Assembly: GCA_965262725.1 (NCBI GenBank)
Contig: OZ253555.1
Location: 1,984,001 to 2,048,000 of the forward strand
Direction of reading: 5' to 3'
DNA length: 64,000 nt
From: Dehalococcoidia bacterium
GTDB taxonomy: Bacteria; Chloroflexota; Dehalococcoidia; UBA2979
Shown in pieces: positions 31,597 through 41,631 of this stretch. The first letter of the stretch is position 1. Each line of letters begins with the position of its first letter. The notes beneath the pieces are model-generated. The model was given only the letters and a program-made list of their open reading frames with translations, ran no database searches and was not told the origin of the DNA. The position numbers and the translations under genes are program-made.

Positions 31597-32363
31597 GCGG
31601 GGCGCTCGAGCGGTCGATCCGCGACGCGTGGAGCGCCTTCTCGTCGGCCGGAGCCCTCCCCTCGCGCGTCGACCCGGCCGTGCCGATCCTCTTCTTCGGC
31701 GATCTCACCGCGTACGAGGAGTCTCCGCTGCGCGTGCTGACAGCCGGCCTCAACCCCTCGCTCCGCGAGTTCCCCGAGTCCGCGCCCTTCAAGCGCTTCC
31801 CGCTCGCCGCAGGCGCGGGGCCGGCCGACGTCGACCGCTACACGGCCGCGCTGTCGGCCTACTTCCGGACCGACCCCTACCGCCGCTGGTTCGGGGCGTT
31901 CGCGCCGGTGCTGGGGGGCCTCGGGGCGAGCTACTACCCCGGGCATCCCTCGATCGCGCTCCACACGGACATCTGCTCGCCGGTCGCGACCGACCCCACC
32001 TGGACCGGGCTCGACGACCTCTCCCGGGCGGCGCTCGAGGCCCGGGGCGGTCCGCTCTGGCACTCCCTCCTCGAGGCACTGCGCCCGCACGTCGTGGCGC
32101 TCTCGGTCGCCCGGCACCACCTGGCGCGCATCGCGTTCGCGCCGCTGACCGGATGGGAGCCGCTCGTGGTCTTCGACAGGACGGCGTCCGGGGAGCCGAG
32201 GAGCCGCCCGGTCCGGGTTCTGGCCCGCTGGTACGACGTCGCCGGCGAGCCGTCGCTGTTCGTGTTCGGTCCGGCCGCGCAGACGCCGCTGGGACTGCTG
32301 GGCGCGGGCCAGCGGCGTGAAGTCGGTGCCCAGGCACTGGAGGTGTGGCGACGTGAGCAGTAA
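31593..32363 (+). CDS. Putative uracil-DNA-glycosylase-superfamily protein (start uncertain: 31593 or 31680)
   Basis: PILFFGD..RVLTAGLNPS..EF resembles UDG/MUG motif A. Confidence 0.55.
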   Translation: MSGALERSIRDAWSAFSSAGALPSRVDPAVPILFFGDLTAYEESPLRVLTAGLNPSLREFPESAPFKRFPLAAGAGPADVDRYTAALSAYFRTDPYRRWFGAFAPVLGGLGASYYPGHPSIALHTDICSPVATDPTWTGLDDLSRAALEARGGPLWHSLLEALRPHVVALSVARHHLARIAFAPLTGWEPLVVFDRTASGEPRSRPVRVLARWYDVAGEPSLFVFGPAAQTPLGLLGAGQRREVGAQALEVWRREQ

Positions 32364-33162
32364 CCGGTGTTTCGTCCAGTTTTCCCATCCGGGGGCCGAG
32401 CACGAGCCCGCTCCGGGCGGCGGCAAGGCGTGGAACACCCACGCGAGCCGGCACGCGCGGAAGTTCATGGAGTTCCCCGGCGAATGGATGGAGGAGGACG
32501 GGTCGGCGCGCACGGGGCGCCTGAGGGCGTGGGGCGAGTGGGAGGCCGAGTCACACCTCATCCGCGAGCTGAGGCGACCGGGCGGTGACCGGCTCTTCCC
32601 GCGCTTCCTCTGGGAGCCCTACTACGTGCCGAAGGAGGATCACCGCCGCCTGCACAACACCGACCCCTTCATCTTCGGGTCACGCTTCCTGTACTCGAAC
32701 TGCGGGCAGCCCTCCAGTCCGGGCCTGCGGGCGCTCGGACGCGGCTCGGTGATCGCCTTCGGAAGCCTGAAGAAGATCGCGGGAGAGCGGCGGTGGATGG
32801 TCGACACGGTGCTGGTCGTCGCCGGCTCGGTCGAGTACGATGCGCACGAGGCCCGCGAGGCGCTGGCCGGCCCGACAAGCGAGGCGTTCATCGAGGTCAC
32901 GGCCGGGCCGATCGCCACCACCGAGGAGGGGTCGTTCCGGCTCTACCGGGGGGCGACGCCCGACGATCCGGTCGACGGCATGTTCAGCTTCTTCCCCGCG
33001 GAGTACTTCAACCCGAGGCACCAGCAAGGCCCGAAGGGCCTCTGGCGCGAGCGGTCCGCGGACGAGCGGCGCGGCCTGTGGGATTCCCTGGTCGCGCAGG
33101 TCCGGCGGGCCGGACTTGTACTCGGTACGCACGCGATCCCGCCGGAGAGGCGCGAAGCGTGA
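32353..33162 (+). CDS. Hypothetical protein, possibly a nucleotide-modification-associated (Nmad-like) domain
   Basis: QFSHPGAEH, WGEWE, HNTDPFIFG..YSNCGQ..GSVIAFGS; overlaps the upstream gene. Confidence 0.55.
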   Translation: MSSNRCFVQFSHPGAEHEPAPGGGKAWNTHASRHARKFMEFPGEWMEEDGSARTGRLRAWGEWEAESHLIRELRRPGGDRLFPRFLWEPYYVPKEDHRRLHNTDPFIFGSRFLYSNCGQPSSPGLRALGRGSVIAFGSLKKIAGERRWMVDTVLVVAGSVEYDAHEAREALAGPTSEAFIEVTAGPIATTEEGSFRLYRGATPDDPVDGMFSFFPAEYFNPRHQQGPKGLWRERSADERRGLWDSLVAQVRRAGLVLGTHAIPPERREA

Positions 33163-33244
33163 CGCCGGCGGTGCGAGCACCGCGCGTCCCGCGCCGCAAC
33201 GCGGCGTCCCCGAAGCCGTGGTCCGGTACAGGGGCGGTGGGCCG

Positions 33245-34276
33245 ATGACACGGAGGCTGATGATCGCACAGCCGTTCGACCTCGCGCTGACGCTGGAGAT
33301 GGGACAGACGTTCCGCTGGCGGCGCGTCGGCGACGAGGACGTCTGGGCGCGGGACTGGGGCGACCCGCCGGAGCGATGGCGAACGGGCGGCGCCTGGTAC
33401 TCGGGGGTGCTGGGCCCGCACCTCGTCCACATCCTGCAGAGCGGCGACGGCGTCGAGTACCGCGTGGGCGGCGCGGACGGCGAGCGGCACGACGTCGACC
33501 TGAGCACGACGCTCCGTGACTACTTCCGGCTCGACGATGGCATCACGGACGTCTACGACGCACTGCGCCGCGATCCGGTCGTGGCCCGCGCGGTCGACCG
33601 CTACCCGGGGTTGAGGCTCCTCCGCCAGGAGCCGTGGGAGTGCCTGGTGTCCTTTGTCTGCTCCCGCACGCGGACGATCCGTGCCACCAGGGGGAGTGCG
33701 GAGACCATCGCCAAACTCAGCGCGCACACGGTGAGACTGGACGGTGACTGTCGCCCCGTCTTCCCCGGCGCCGAGATCCTGGCCGGCCGGGCGAGTGCCG
33801 ACCTGAGCGCGCTGGAACTCGGTCTGGACAAGCCCCGCGTCATTCTCCGGCTGGCCCGGTGGCTCGCCGCCGACCCGCAGGGCCTGAGCCGTCTCGCGGG
33901 AACCTCGGTGTCCACCGAGGACGCGGTGCGACGGCTCGACGGCTTCCCGGGCATCGGTCCCAAGATCGCGAGCTGCGTCGCGCTGATGTCGCTGGACAAG
34001 CTCGATGCGTTCCCGGTGGACAGGTGGGTGCAGCGGGCCCTCGCCTCGTGCGACCTGTCGTCGCTGCCCACGGCCCTTGCTGAGAGGGTCCGGGGTCCCC
34101 GCACCCTCACCGGGCCCCAGCAGTACCGCGTCGCCGAGTGGGCGCGGACGCACTTCGGCCGCTACGCCGGCCACGCCGGCCAGTACCTCTTCCACTCGGC
34201 GGAGCCCCGCAAGGAGCGCGCGCGCCGGGGGCGAGGGGCTGCGCGGACGCGTGCCGTCGTGGAGCATGCCGGATGA
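33245..34276 (+). CDS. 8-oxoguanine DNA glycosylase-like (OGG N-terminal plus HhH-GPD)
   Basis: TLEMGQTFRW, GLRLLRQEPWECLVSF, FPGIGPKIASC, FPVDRWV motifs. Confidence 0.88.
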   Translation: MTRRLMIAQPFDLALTLEMGQTFRWRRVGDEDVWARDWGDPPERWRTGGAWYSGVLGPHLVHILQSGDGVEYRVGGADGERHDVDLSTTLRDYFRLDDGITDVYDALRRDPVVARAVDRYPGLRLLRQEPWECLVSFVCSRTRTIRATRGSAETIAKLSAHTVRLDGDCRPVFPGAEILAGRASADLSALELGLDKPRVILRLARWLAADPQGLSRLAGTSVSTEDAVRRLDGFPGIGPKIASCVALMSLDKLDAFPVDRWVQRALASCDLSSLPTALAERVRGPRTLTGPQQYRVAEWARTHFGRYAGHAGQYLFHSAEPRKERARRGRGAARTRAVVEHAG

Positions 34277-35207
34277 GCCGGGGAGGATCCGTGCGTTGAC
34301 GCGTAGCGGGTTCGCGCGTGCACGCGGACGCCACCGCCTCACGCGCCTCAGGCTGACCAACCGCAGCCCCTACTCGCCAGGCACCGGAGCCCACGCTCGC
34401 GCGCACCTGAGGCGACGCGCGGCTTGACAGGGTGGAGCCCGTTCGGCGGGCGCCACCACTCGCCGCTGTCACCCACTCGCCAGGTCGCGCCGTCCCTCCT
34501 TCCTGAGCACCCGGCGGTAGTGCGTGTCGCATCTCTCCGGGCTCATCGCCGGCTTCCCCCAGTCGTCCATGCACGCCTGCTCTTCCTCGGCGGCAGCAGG
34601 TGCAGGCGCCGGTACCCGCGCTGCCGCTGGTAGTGCTTGAAGCACGGGCCCCTCGCCTACACCTCGCCGGTGCAGTCCGGGAGCGTGCACGTCACCACCA
34701 TCCGCCTCCGATCCCGAAATCCTTGAGCGCGCCTCCGTTGATGGCGATGGCGGCGAGCATGAACAGCACGACGTACCCCGCCGCCCGCACCGCCAGCAGG
34801 TGCCATCGCCCCCAGTCCCAGCGCGGGAAGCGGGCCCGCAGGATGAGCACGGCGACGCCGACGGCCAACAGCGGGATCACCCACTCAGTCACCTCTCCAT
34901 GCCGCACCTTGGCGACCGCGACGATGGCGAGCAGGCCGGAGACGTACGTGAGCACCAGCCACGCCCCGAACAGGCAGTCCCTTATCTCGAATCCACCGAT
35001 CGAAGCTTGACGAGGCGGGGTGCCGGGCTGCCGGAGAGTTCGGCGGGCGTGCCGGCGTTCGCCGGGCGGCGCCGGGGGCGGGCCGGAGCCAGGAGCCGTC
35101 GCTGAGCGCAGCTCGGGGGCGCTGAGGGTGCGGGCGCGAGGGTGCGCGAGGCGTGCGCGGGCATGCTGGCGCGAGCCTCGGACCCGGGTCGGCGCTGTGA
35201 GCGGGCG

Positions 35208-36533
35208 TCAGGCCGGGAGCGGTATCGCCCGTAGTCGCGCGAGCGCGGCTGCCAGCTGCTCTGCCCAGGGCCAGCGCTTCGGGAGGTGCAGAGTCCACCG
35301 CCGGGCAGAGCGGGTGAGCCGTCCGGCGAGAGAGAAGTAGCGTCGCCTGAGCGTCCTGGTCGTCACGATCCCCTCGCCGAGCCCGAGGCGTGCCGTCCAG
35401 CGGGCGAGGTTGTGCGCGATCACCTGCACCGCGAGCCACGCCGCGTTCGCGGCGAAGCGGCCCGAGGGGAGATGGTTCAACCCGACGCCGTACTTGAGGT
35501 CGCGGATCGCGTTCTCGATCTCGGCGTGACGGCGATGGTCGGCCTCCAGCTCCATCATCTCCCCCGCGCGGTTGGTGATGAAGGCGTGGTAACTGTAGTC
35601 CACGAAGAGCGCGAGCTGTGAGCCGGGCGTCGGCGTGACGCGCCGCACGATGAGCCGCACCGCAGTGGCGTCTCCCGTGTGCTGGAACGGCGTGTAGGTC
35701 GTCTCGGCGACAGCGGCGCCGCCCGGCAGCCAGTACGGGATCGGCGTCCAGTCCTCTTCCGGTATCGCCTCGATCAGCCGGCGTACGTTCGGCTGCTGCC
35801 GAATAGTGATTGAGAAGCGGACATCCTGCTTGCGACAGACGGCGACGACAGCGTGGTTGTAGAAGCCGCTGTCGGCGCGCACCGTGAGCTGCCCGCTCGC
35901 CCCGGCGTCGCGCACCCGCGCCACCGTCTCACGCAGGAAGTGTGCGGCCCCCCGAGCGGTGTTGGCACGGCCCCCGCGCAGCCGGGCCATCAGCACCTCA
36001 CCCGTCCCGGCCGCCACCGCGAGCAGCGGGTGATAGCCGCGCACGCCCGTGTAGCCGTGGTGCCGGGCGCCCTCCTTGGCGAGGCCGTAGGTCTCGCAGA
36101 GCGTCGAGTCGAGGTCGATGGTGAACGGCGCCGCGCCGGGTCCCGCCCCGGCCGCCCAGCTGCGGGCGAGCAACTCGCGGCTGACGCGGTCGAGCTGACG
36201 GACGTGGCCCCAACGGAAGCTGCGCAGAAACGTCCCGAGGGTGGACGGCGCCTTCACGGTGCAGCCGAGCACGCGCCCGGCGCCGCCTGAGCGCATGGCA
36301 TCGGCGTCATCGATGCAGTCGCCGCCCGCGAGCGCCGAGGCGATGAGAGTCATCAGCTTGTCGCCGACGTTCGCCCGCCCCGCTGCGTCACCGAGGTCGA
36401 GGTGGGCGTCTGCCAGTTCACGGAGGCCGAGCCGGCCAGCGAGCGTGGCCGGGAGCAGCAGGCCCGCGTGGTCCACGAGGCGGTCGTCGTCGAAGGCGAT
36501 GTGTATCCGGTCGGGGCTGCTCGTTGGTAGCAT
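35208..36533 (-). CDS. IS1380 transposase
   Basis: TIDLDST, GYHPLL, RADSGFY, EIENAIRDLK, LPSGRFAANAAW motifs. Confidence 0.93.
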   Translation of the reverse strand: MLPTSSPDRIHIAFDDDRLVDHAGLLLPATLAGRLGLRELADAHLDLGDAAGRANVGDKLMTLIASALAGGDCIDDADAMRSGGAGRVLGCTVKAPSTLGTFLRSFRWGHVRQLDRVSRELLARSWAAGAGPGAAPFTIDLDSTLCETYGLAKEGARHHGYTGVRGYHPLLAVAAGTGEVLMARLRGGRANTARGAAHFLRETVARVRDAGASGQLTVRADSGFYNHAVVAVCRKQDVRFSITIRQQPNVRRLIEAIPEEDWTPIPYWLPGGAAVAETTYTPFQHTGDATAVRLIVRRVTPTPGSQLALFVDYSYHAFITNRAGEMMELEADHRRHAEIENAIRDLKYGVGLNHLPSGRFAANAAWLAVQVIAHNLARWTARLGLGEGIVTTRTLRRRYFSLAGRLTRSARRWTLHLPKRWPWAEQLAAALARLRAIPLPA

Positions 36534-37152
36534 CGAATGGGGTGCGCCAGGCTAACTGGTGCTTGGGCAGGAGGTGCAAGTCCTCTACGGCGAAGGAGCA
36601 AGCCACTCCACGCGGTTCCGCGAGCCGTGCGCGACTCGTCGCGAGGCGAGCCGTGAAGCGTCGGCAGCGGGGTAGGCGGGCGGAGCTATTGAGCATCGAA
36701 AGATGCATAATCCGGAGTGCCGAGGCTTTCCCATTGGTCGAAGGCAACACCGGCGACGGCGCTTCTGGCGAGCCGTCGTCGGGCTCTGCGGTGTCAAAGA
36801 ACTCACGCACGTCTGCACGTCCAGCACCGGGACCTCATATGGATGCCTCGGTTGTCAAGCCCCGTCCAGCGGTACTTGAACGTCCGGTCTGCGGCGGCGG
36901 CGGTCGCGCGAGGATGACGACTCCGGGGTGGCGAAGGAGGGATGAGCGGGAATTGTTCGACGTTTTGTCATTCTCAGAGGTATAGCCAGAAGTTGTGGAT
37001 GAGCCAGGAGAGAGAGGCGGCGTACCCTCCCTGAGTCAACAGGAGTGGCCGGGAAGTGTCGATCGCCAGGGTCATTGAGCCACGCGTCGCCACGGTCATT
37101 GGACCACCCGGGACGCCGGTAGGCGGCTTGATATCAGTGAGCGTCTAGCGCG

Positions 37153-37926
37153 TCAATCACCTCCCGTCTGCGCCTCGAGCAGGGCGCGGTGCGGCGAGAG
37201 CCGCTGGCGGTAGCTATCGCCCTCGATCACGATCTGGTAGCTGGCGTTCGCGAGCCGGTCGAGGGCGCTGTTGCCGAGGATCGGGTCGTCGAAGAGACCC
37301 AGCCATTCCTCCACGGCGCGGTTCGAGGTGATCACGAAGCTCGAGCTGCGGTGGCGCCCGATGACCAGCTCGTAGAGGTCGATGGACTGCTGCGCGCTGA
37401 GGCGATGGAGCCCGAGGTCGTCGAGGATGAGCAGGTCGGGCGCGAGGAAGCTTCGGAAGACCTTCTCGGCCGAGTGGTCGACGCGGGCCTGCGCCATCTC
37501 GCGGAAGTAGTGGTCGGCCGGGGCGAAGCGCACGGTGCGTCCGGAGCGGACGGCTGAGTAGCCGAGCGCCTGGGCTAAGAAGCTCTTGCCGACGCCGACG
37601 GGGCCGACGAGCAGGACGTGCTCGCGGCGGTCGAGGAAGTGCAGCGAGAAGGCGGCGTCGAGCAGGCGGCGGTCGAGCCGGATGGCGGCCGCCCAGTCGA
37701 AGTCCTCGAGGCGGCAGAGCTGCTCGAAGCCGGCCTGGCGCAGGCGCAGCTCCAACCGCCCGTGGTCGCGGCGGCTCACCTCGTCGACGAGCAGGATCTG
37801 CAGGAAGTCCGCGTAGTCGAGGTGGTCGCGCCGCGCGAGGGCGATGCGCTCGGGCAACGTGTCGAGCATACGGCCGAGCTTGAGGCGCTTGAGCAGCGGA
37901 CGGAGGTCTGAGGTGGTGGCGGTCAT
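37153..37926 (-). CDS. istB: IS21 helper ATPase
   Basis: GPVGVGKS, LILDDLG, TSNR, ALDRL; ATGA overlap with istA. Confidence 0.93.
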   Translation of the reverse strand: MTATTSDLRPLLKRLKLGRMLDTLPERIALARRDHLDYADFLQILLVDEVSRRDHGRLELRLRQAGFEQLCRLEDFDWAAAIRLDRRLLDAAFSLHFLDRREHVLLVGPVGVGKSFLAQALGYSAVRSGRTVRFAPADHYFREMAQARVDHSAEKVFRSFLAPDLLILDDLGLHRLSAQQSIDLYELVIGRHRSSSFVITSNRAVEEWLGLFDDPILGNSALDRLANASYQIVIEGDSYRQRLSPHRALLEAQTGGD

Positions 37927-39503
37927 CGTGGTGCTCCTGTCGGGGTCTGCGTGCGGGACTGTGCGAAGACGGAGCCCGAGTGGGCGAAGCGCCCCGGAGG
38001 CGGCGGCAGCTCGGGCTGGTCTGGGGTGCTCTCCTGGTCGAGGGCCTCGACGAGGATGCGCTCGAGGCGGCGCACGTCGATGAGGTCGACCTCGAGCGCG
38101 CGGCGGCAGGCGGCGTCGAGGCGGTCCGGGGAGTAGCGCTCGGCGAGGCGCAGCAGCTTGTGGCCCTGCCGCAGCTTCGCCCAGGGCAGGGAGCCCTCGA
38201 AGAGACGCTCGGCGTAGGCGCCCACGGCCTCCCCCAGCTCGGCGGCGCGGCGCTGTATCCAGTCGGGCGCCCGCCTGGTGTAGGGGGTGAGCTCGGCCGG
38301 GTAGTCGTTCGGGTCGGTGGCGCGGCCGCCCCGGCGCTGGCGCGGGTGGACCTTGATGAGCTGACCGCGGTGGTAGATGCGCACCAGCTTCGAGCCGAGC
38401 TGCACCTCGACCTTCTGGCGGGGCGGGCAGGCCGTGGACGGCACCGAGTACAGCGCGTACTGGCAGGCGATGTGGTGGTCGGGATGGACCGTGGCGGTCC
38501 GCCAGTCGGGGACCTCGTAGGGCTCGCCGTCCCAGGGAGCGAGGAGAGGGAGCTCCTCCTCCCGGAAGACCTCGAGCGGCCGGCGGCGGGTCGTGCCGTG
38601 GATGCGCTGTCCCGCCACCTCCAGGCACCAGCTGCGGGCGGCGGAGCGCAGGTCGACGACGTCCCGGAAGTCGCCGCCCTTGAAGAGGCGCTCGCGCACG
38701 TAGGGGATGCTGCGCTCGACGCGCGGCTTGTCGCGGGGATGACGCACGCGCGCGGGGTCGGTGATGAAGCCGCGGTGGCGGGCGTACTCGAGGAAGCCCC
38801 GCGTGAAGCGCGGGTGCAGCGCGTCGGCCCCGGCGACGGCGGCCGGGAAGTTATCGATGACGAGGTAGCGGGGCACGCCCCCGAAGAAGGACCAGGCCTC
38901 CTCCAGGCCCTCGATCACAGCGTCCAGCTTCTGGCTGGTGGTGGGCCACACAAAGCAGTGGCGGGAGTAGCGCCAGACGACGACCAGCGCCCACACCGCG
39001 CGCCGGCGGCCGCTCTCGGGGTCCCGGATGAAGCCGAGGCGGCCGAAGTCCATCTCCGCCACCTCGCCCGGCGGCCCGTCGTCCATGCGCACGGTCGACG
39101 GCAGCCGGTGGCGCCAGCCGCGGCGCCGGATGAAACGCCGCAGCGTGGTGTAGGAGACCTCGCAGCCTCGTCCGGCGAGGAGCTCCTGGATGCGCGTCAG
39201 TTGCAGGCGGTCGGTCTCAAGCCAGCGCTCGATCTGCTCCGCCCAGGGCGAGAGCAGCTCTTCGCTCGGCGCCTCGACCTGCCGCGGGCCGGAGAGGCTC
39301 AGCGTCGCCAGCGCGGCGAGCTGCTCCTCACTCGGCTCGGGACCGTCAGGTGTGAGGCCGGCCGCTTCGGCCGCGTCGATGTAGCGGCGGACCGTCTGAC
39401 GCGACAACCCCATCCCGCTGGCGATGCGGCGCTGGCTGAGCCCCGCCTGCCAGCGACGAATGATCTCCTGAATCTCCACCCCGTGTACCTCCCGGTAGGC
39501 CAT
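37923..39503 (-). CDS. istA: IS21 transposase
   Basis: AEMDFG, LVIDN, PRDKPRVER, HGTT motifs. Confidence 0.93.
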   Translation of the reverse strand: MAYREVHGVEIQEIIRRWQAGLSQRRIASGMGLSRQTVRRYIDAAEAAGLTPDGPEPSEEQLAALATLSLSGPRQVEAPSEELLSPWAEQIERWLETDRLQLTRIQELLAGRGCEVSYTTLRRFIRRRGWRHRLPSTVRMDDGPPGEVAEMDFGRLGFIRDPESGRRRAVWALVVVWRYSRHCFVWPTTSQKLDAVIEGLEEAWSFFGGVPRYLVIDNFPAAVAGADALHPRFTRGFLEYARHRGFITDPARVRHPRDKPRVERSIPYVRERLFKGGDFRDVVDLRSAARSWCLEVAGQRIHGTTRRRPLEVFREEELPLLAPWDGEPYEVPDWRTATVHPDHHIACQYALYSVPSTACPPRQKVEVQLGSKLVRIYHRGQLIKVHPRQRRGGRATDPNDYPAELTPYTRRAPDWIQRRAAELGEAVGAYAERLFEGSLPWAKLRQGHKLLRLAERYSPDRLDAACRRALEVDLIDVRRLERILVEALDQESTPDQPELPPPPGRFAHSGSVFAQSRTQTPTGAPR

Positions 39504-39689
39504 CGCTGCTCCCTCCGCTGGGGATGCAGGCGATGGTGGCCGTACCGGCGGCCCGAGTGGTCAGACCCCCCGGAGGGGTGGCTCAATGACCTTGGCGAAG
39601 TGGCACATAGACCCTGGCGATCTCGCCGTTTGCTGGTCTATAGATCCTGGCGATTCACACGGGAAGCCGGCCGGGGAGGAGTACGCCGG

Positions 39690-40967
39690 ATGTTGAGGAT
39701 AGTCCATGAGGGAGGCGAGCGGGAAGCGGGGCCGGGGACGCAGGTCGGACTGGACGAGCTCTGCCGCATGGCCGCCCAGGAGATGCTCGGGGTGGCGCTG
39801 GAGGCCGAACGGCAGGCCTACCTCGAGCGCCACGCGGGCGCGGTCGATAGAGAGGGCCGCCGCGTGGTCGTCGGCAACGGCTACGCCCGCGCGAGAGAGA
39901 TCACGACCGCCGCGGGACGGGTCGCCGTACAGGCGCCGCGCGTCGACGACCGCCGTCCCGGCGAGCGCTACATCTCGGCGCTTCTGCCGCCCTACATGCG
40001 GCGCTCGCCCAAGGTGACCGAGGTGTTGCCGCTGCTCTACCTGCGCGGGCTCTCGACGGGCGACTTCCTGCCCGCCCTGTCGGCGTTCTTCGGCTCGGGG
40101 GCGGGGCTCTCCGCCTCGACCGTGGGGCGGCTCACGGAGGCGTGGCAGGCCGAGCACGAGCGCTGGCAGCGACGCAGCCTGGCCGAGGTCGACTACGTCT
40201 ACCTCTGGGCGGACGGCGTCCACTTCACCGTGCGTCTCGAGGAGGACCGGCTCTGCTGCCTGGTGCTGGTCGGGGTGCGCCCGGACGGCCGCAAGGAGCT
40301 GGTGGCCGTGCAGGACGGCTACCGTGAGGACACCCAGTCCTGGCTCGACCTGCTGCGGGACCTGCGCGAGCGGGGCATGCGCGACCCCGAGCTGGCCGTC
40401 GGCGACGGGGCGCTCGGGTTCTGGGCGGCGCTGCGGGAGGTCTTTCCCCGGACCCGCGAGCAGCGCTGCTGGGTGCACAAGACCGCGAACGTCCTGGCGG
40501 CGCTGCCCGAGCGCGTCCAGGGGGAAGCGGCGCGGGCGCTCCACACCGTCTCCGGAGCCGCGACGCGCGCCGGGGCGCTGGATGCGGCGCGCGCCTTCGC
40601 CGGGCAGTTCGCGCAGTGGCCGAAGGCGACAGCGAAGGTCGCCGACGACCTCGAACGGCTGCTCGCGTTCCACGACTTCCCGTCCGAGCACCACGTGCAC
40701 CTGCGCACAACGAACCCGATCGAGTCCACCTTCGCCACGGTCCGGCTGCGCCAGCGCGTCACGAAGGGCGCCGGCTCCCGGTCGGCGGGACTGGCGATGG
40801 CCTACAAGCTGCTCGACGCGGCGCAGCAGCGCTGGCGGCGGGTGAATGCCCCGCATCTCGTCGCCGTCGTCCGGGCGGGCGGCGTCTTCGTCGATGGCGT
40901 CCTACAGGAACGAGCCGTCAGCCCGGATGCGAGCGACGATGCACGCCACGGGAGGTACGCCGCCTAA
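39690..40967 (+). CDS. IS256 (Mutator-type) transposase
   Basis: YLRGLSTGDF, LWADG, GDGALGFW, QRCWVHK, RTTNPIES; GAGGAG RBS. Confidence 0.93.
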   Translation: MLRIVHEGGEREAGPGTQVGLDELCRMAAQEMLGVALEAERQAYLERHAGAVDREGRRVVVGNGYARAREITTAAGRVAVQAPRVDDRRPGERYISALLPPYMRRSPKVTEVLPLLYLRGLSTGDFLPALSAFFGSGAGLSASTVGRLTEAWQAEHERWQRRSLAEVDYVYLWADGVHFTVRLEEDRLCCLVLVGVRPDGRKELVAVQDGYREDTQSWLDLLRDLRERGMRDPELAVGDGALGFWAALREVFPRTREQRCWVHKTANVLAALPERVQGEAARALHTVSGAATRAGALDAARAFAGQFAQWPKATAKVADDLERLLAFHDFPSEHHVHLRTTNPIESTFATVRLRQRVTKGAGSRSAGLAMAYKLLDAAQQRWRRVNAPHLVAVVRAGGVFVDGVLQERAVSPDASDDARHGRYAA

Positions 40968-41202
40968 CTTGCCCTGGCCAGCGATCCACAACTCTTGACG
41001 ATATCTCTCATTCTCATATCCGCGGGTTGCCAGTGGCAGAGCCGCATGACCCTTCTTCGTCAGGAGCAGGCGCATTCTGATATCGCGGGTTGGCGACGCG
41101 AAGCGTCGTTGCCGCATGGTTCCGTCGCGCAGTCTCCGAAACGTAGTCCCGCTTATCCGTCCTTCACCGCCCCCGGAGTCGAGGTCCCCGCCCTCCGCGG
41201 CC

Positions 41203-41336
41203 ACCTCCGCTGCATGCTCCTCACTCGCGGCGATGCCTGAGAGCCCCTGCTCCGTCGGGCGGATGTGCTCATCCGTCATCTCGACCCTCTGCAGGTAGCT
41301 GCCGAAGGCCGCCTGGGCGCCCTTCTCCTCGAAGGA
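41203..41336 (-). pseudogene. Diverged internal fragment of the IS1111 recombinase between the two RNA units
   Basis: SFEEKGAQAAFGSYLQRVEMTDEHIR..EEHAAE versus SFEEVGDQAAFDGYLQRVEMADEHIR..EEYAPE (~42086-42220). Confidence 0.85.
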
Positions 41337-41586
41337 GATGACGACTCCGGGGTGGCGAAGGAGGGATGAGCGGGAATCACTCGACGTTGTGTCACTCTCA
41401 TAGTCGCGGGTTGCCAGTGGCAGAGCCGCATGACCTTTCTTCGTCGGGAGGGGGCGCCGTCTGGGAACGCGGGTTGGCGACGCTTCGCGTCGTTGCCGCA
41501 TGGTCCCGTCGCGCGATCTCCAGAATGTGGTCCCGTTCATCCGTCCTTCACCGCCCCCGGAGTCGACGTCTCCGCCCTCCGCGGCC
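41337..41586 (-). ncRNA. Bridge/seek RNA unit A
   Basis: Long closing stem (41343.. / ..41564) and two GCGG..CCGC hairpins flanked by guides; target guides CTGGGA (41461-41466) and GGTCCCG (41502-41508) match the occupied site. Confidence 0.8.
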
Positions 41587-41631
41587 GGTCTGTCCTCCTC
41601 TCCGTCCGCTCCCTGTTCGTGGCCAGCCGGC

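Larger units (their letters stand above)
37057..39659 (-). mobile_element. IS21-family element inside the IS256 left end
   Basis: TGTCGATCGCCAGG..CCTGGCGATTCACA ends; 7-bp TSD CGGGAAG (37050-37056, 39660-39666). Confidence 0.92.
36977..41007 (+). mobile_element. IS256-family element containing IS21
   Basis: Imperfect ~25-bp IR (GAGGTATAGCCAGAAGTTGTGGAT / GAGATATCGTCAAGAGTTGTGGAT); 9-bp TSD TCATTCTCA (36968-36976, 41008-41016). Confidence 0.9.
36913..41202 (-). ncRNA. Bridge/seek RNA unit B (36913-36976 plus 41017-41202), split by IS256
   Basis: 250-nt paralog of unit A; donor guides CTCATAT and GACCCT match the element's own circle junction. Confidence 0.75.

Noticed and set aside
34469-34700. 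Cys/His-rich mini-ORFs as a zinc-finger gene
   Set aside because: The motif is broken by a stop and a frameshift; too little support to call.
37980-40967. 995-aa ORF as a giant transposase fusion
   Set aside because: The first 570 codons are antisense read-through of istA; the IS256 gene starts at 39690.
40902-41540. 212-aa ORF as a real gene
   Set aside because: It runs through the RNA repeats, the recombinase fragment and the IS256 end, so it is a chance open frame.
41017-41586. Paired repeats as a DGR template/variable repeat
   Set aside because: Differences are not adenine-specific, neither copy ends a target gene, and the variable parts match the IS target and donor.
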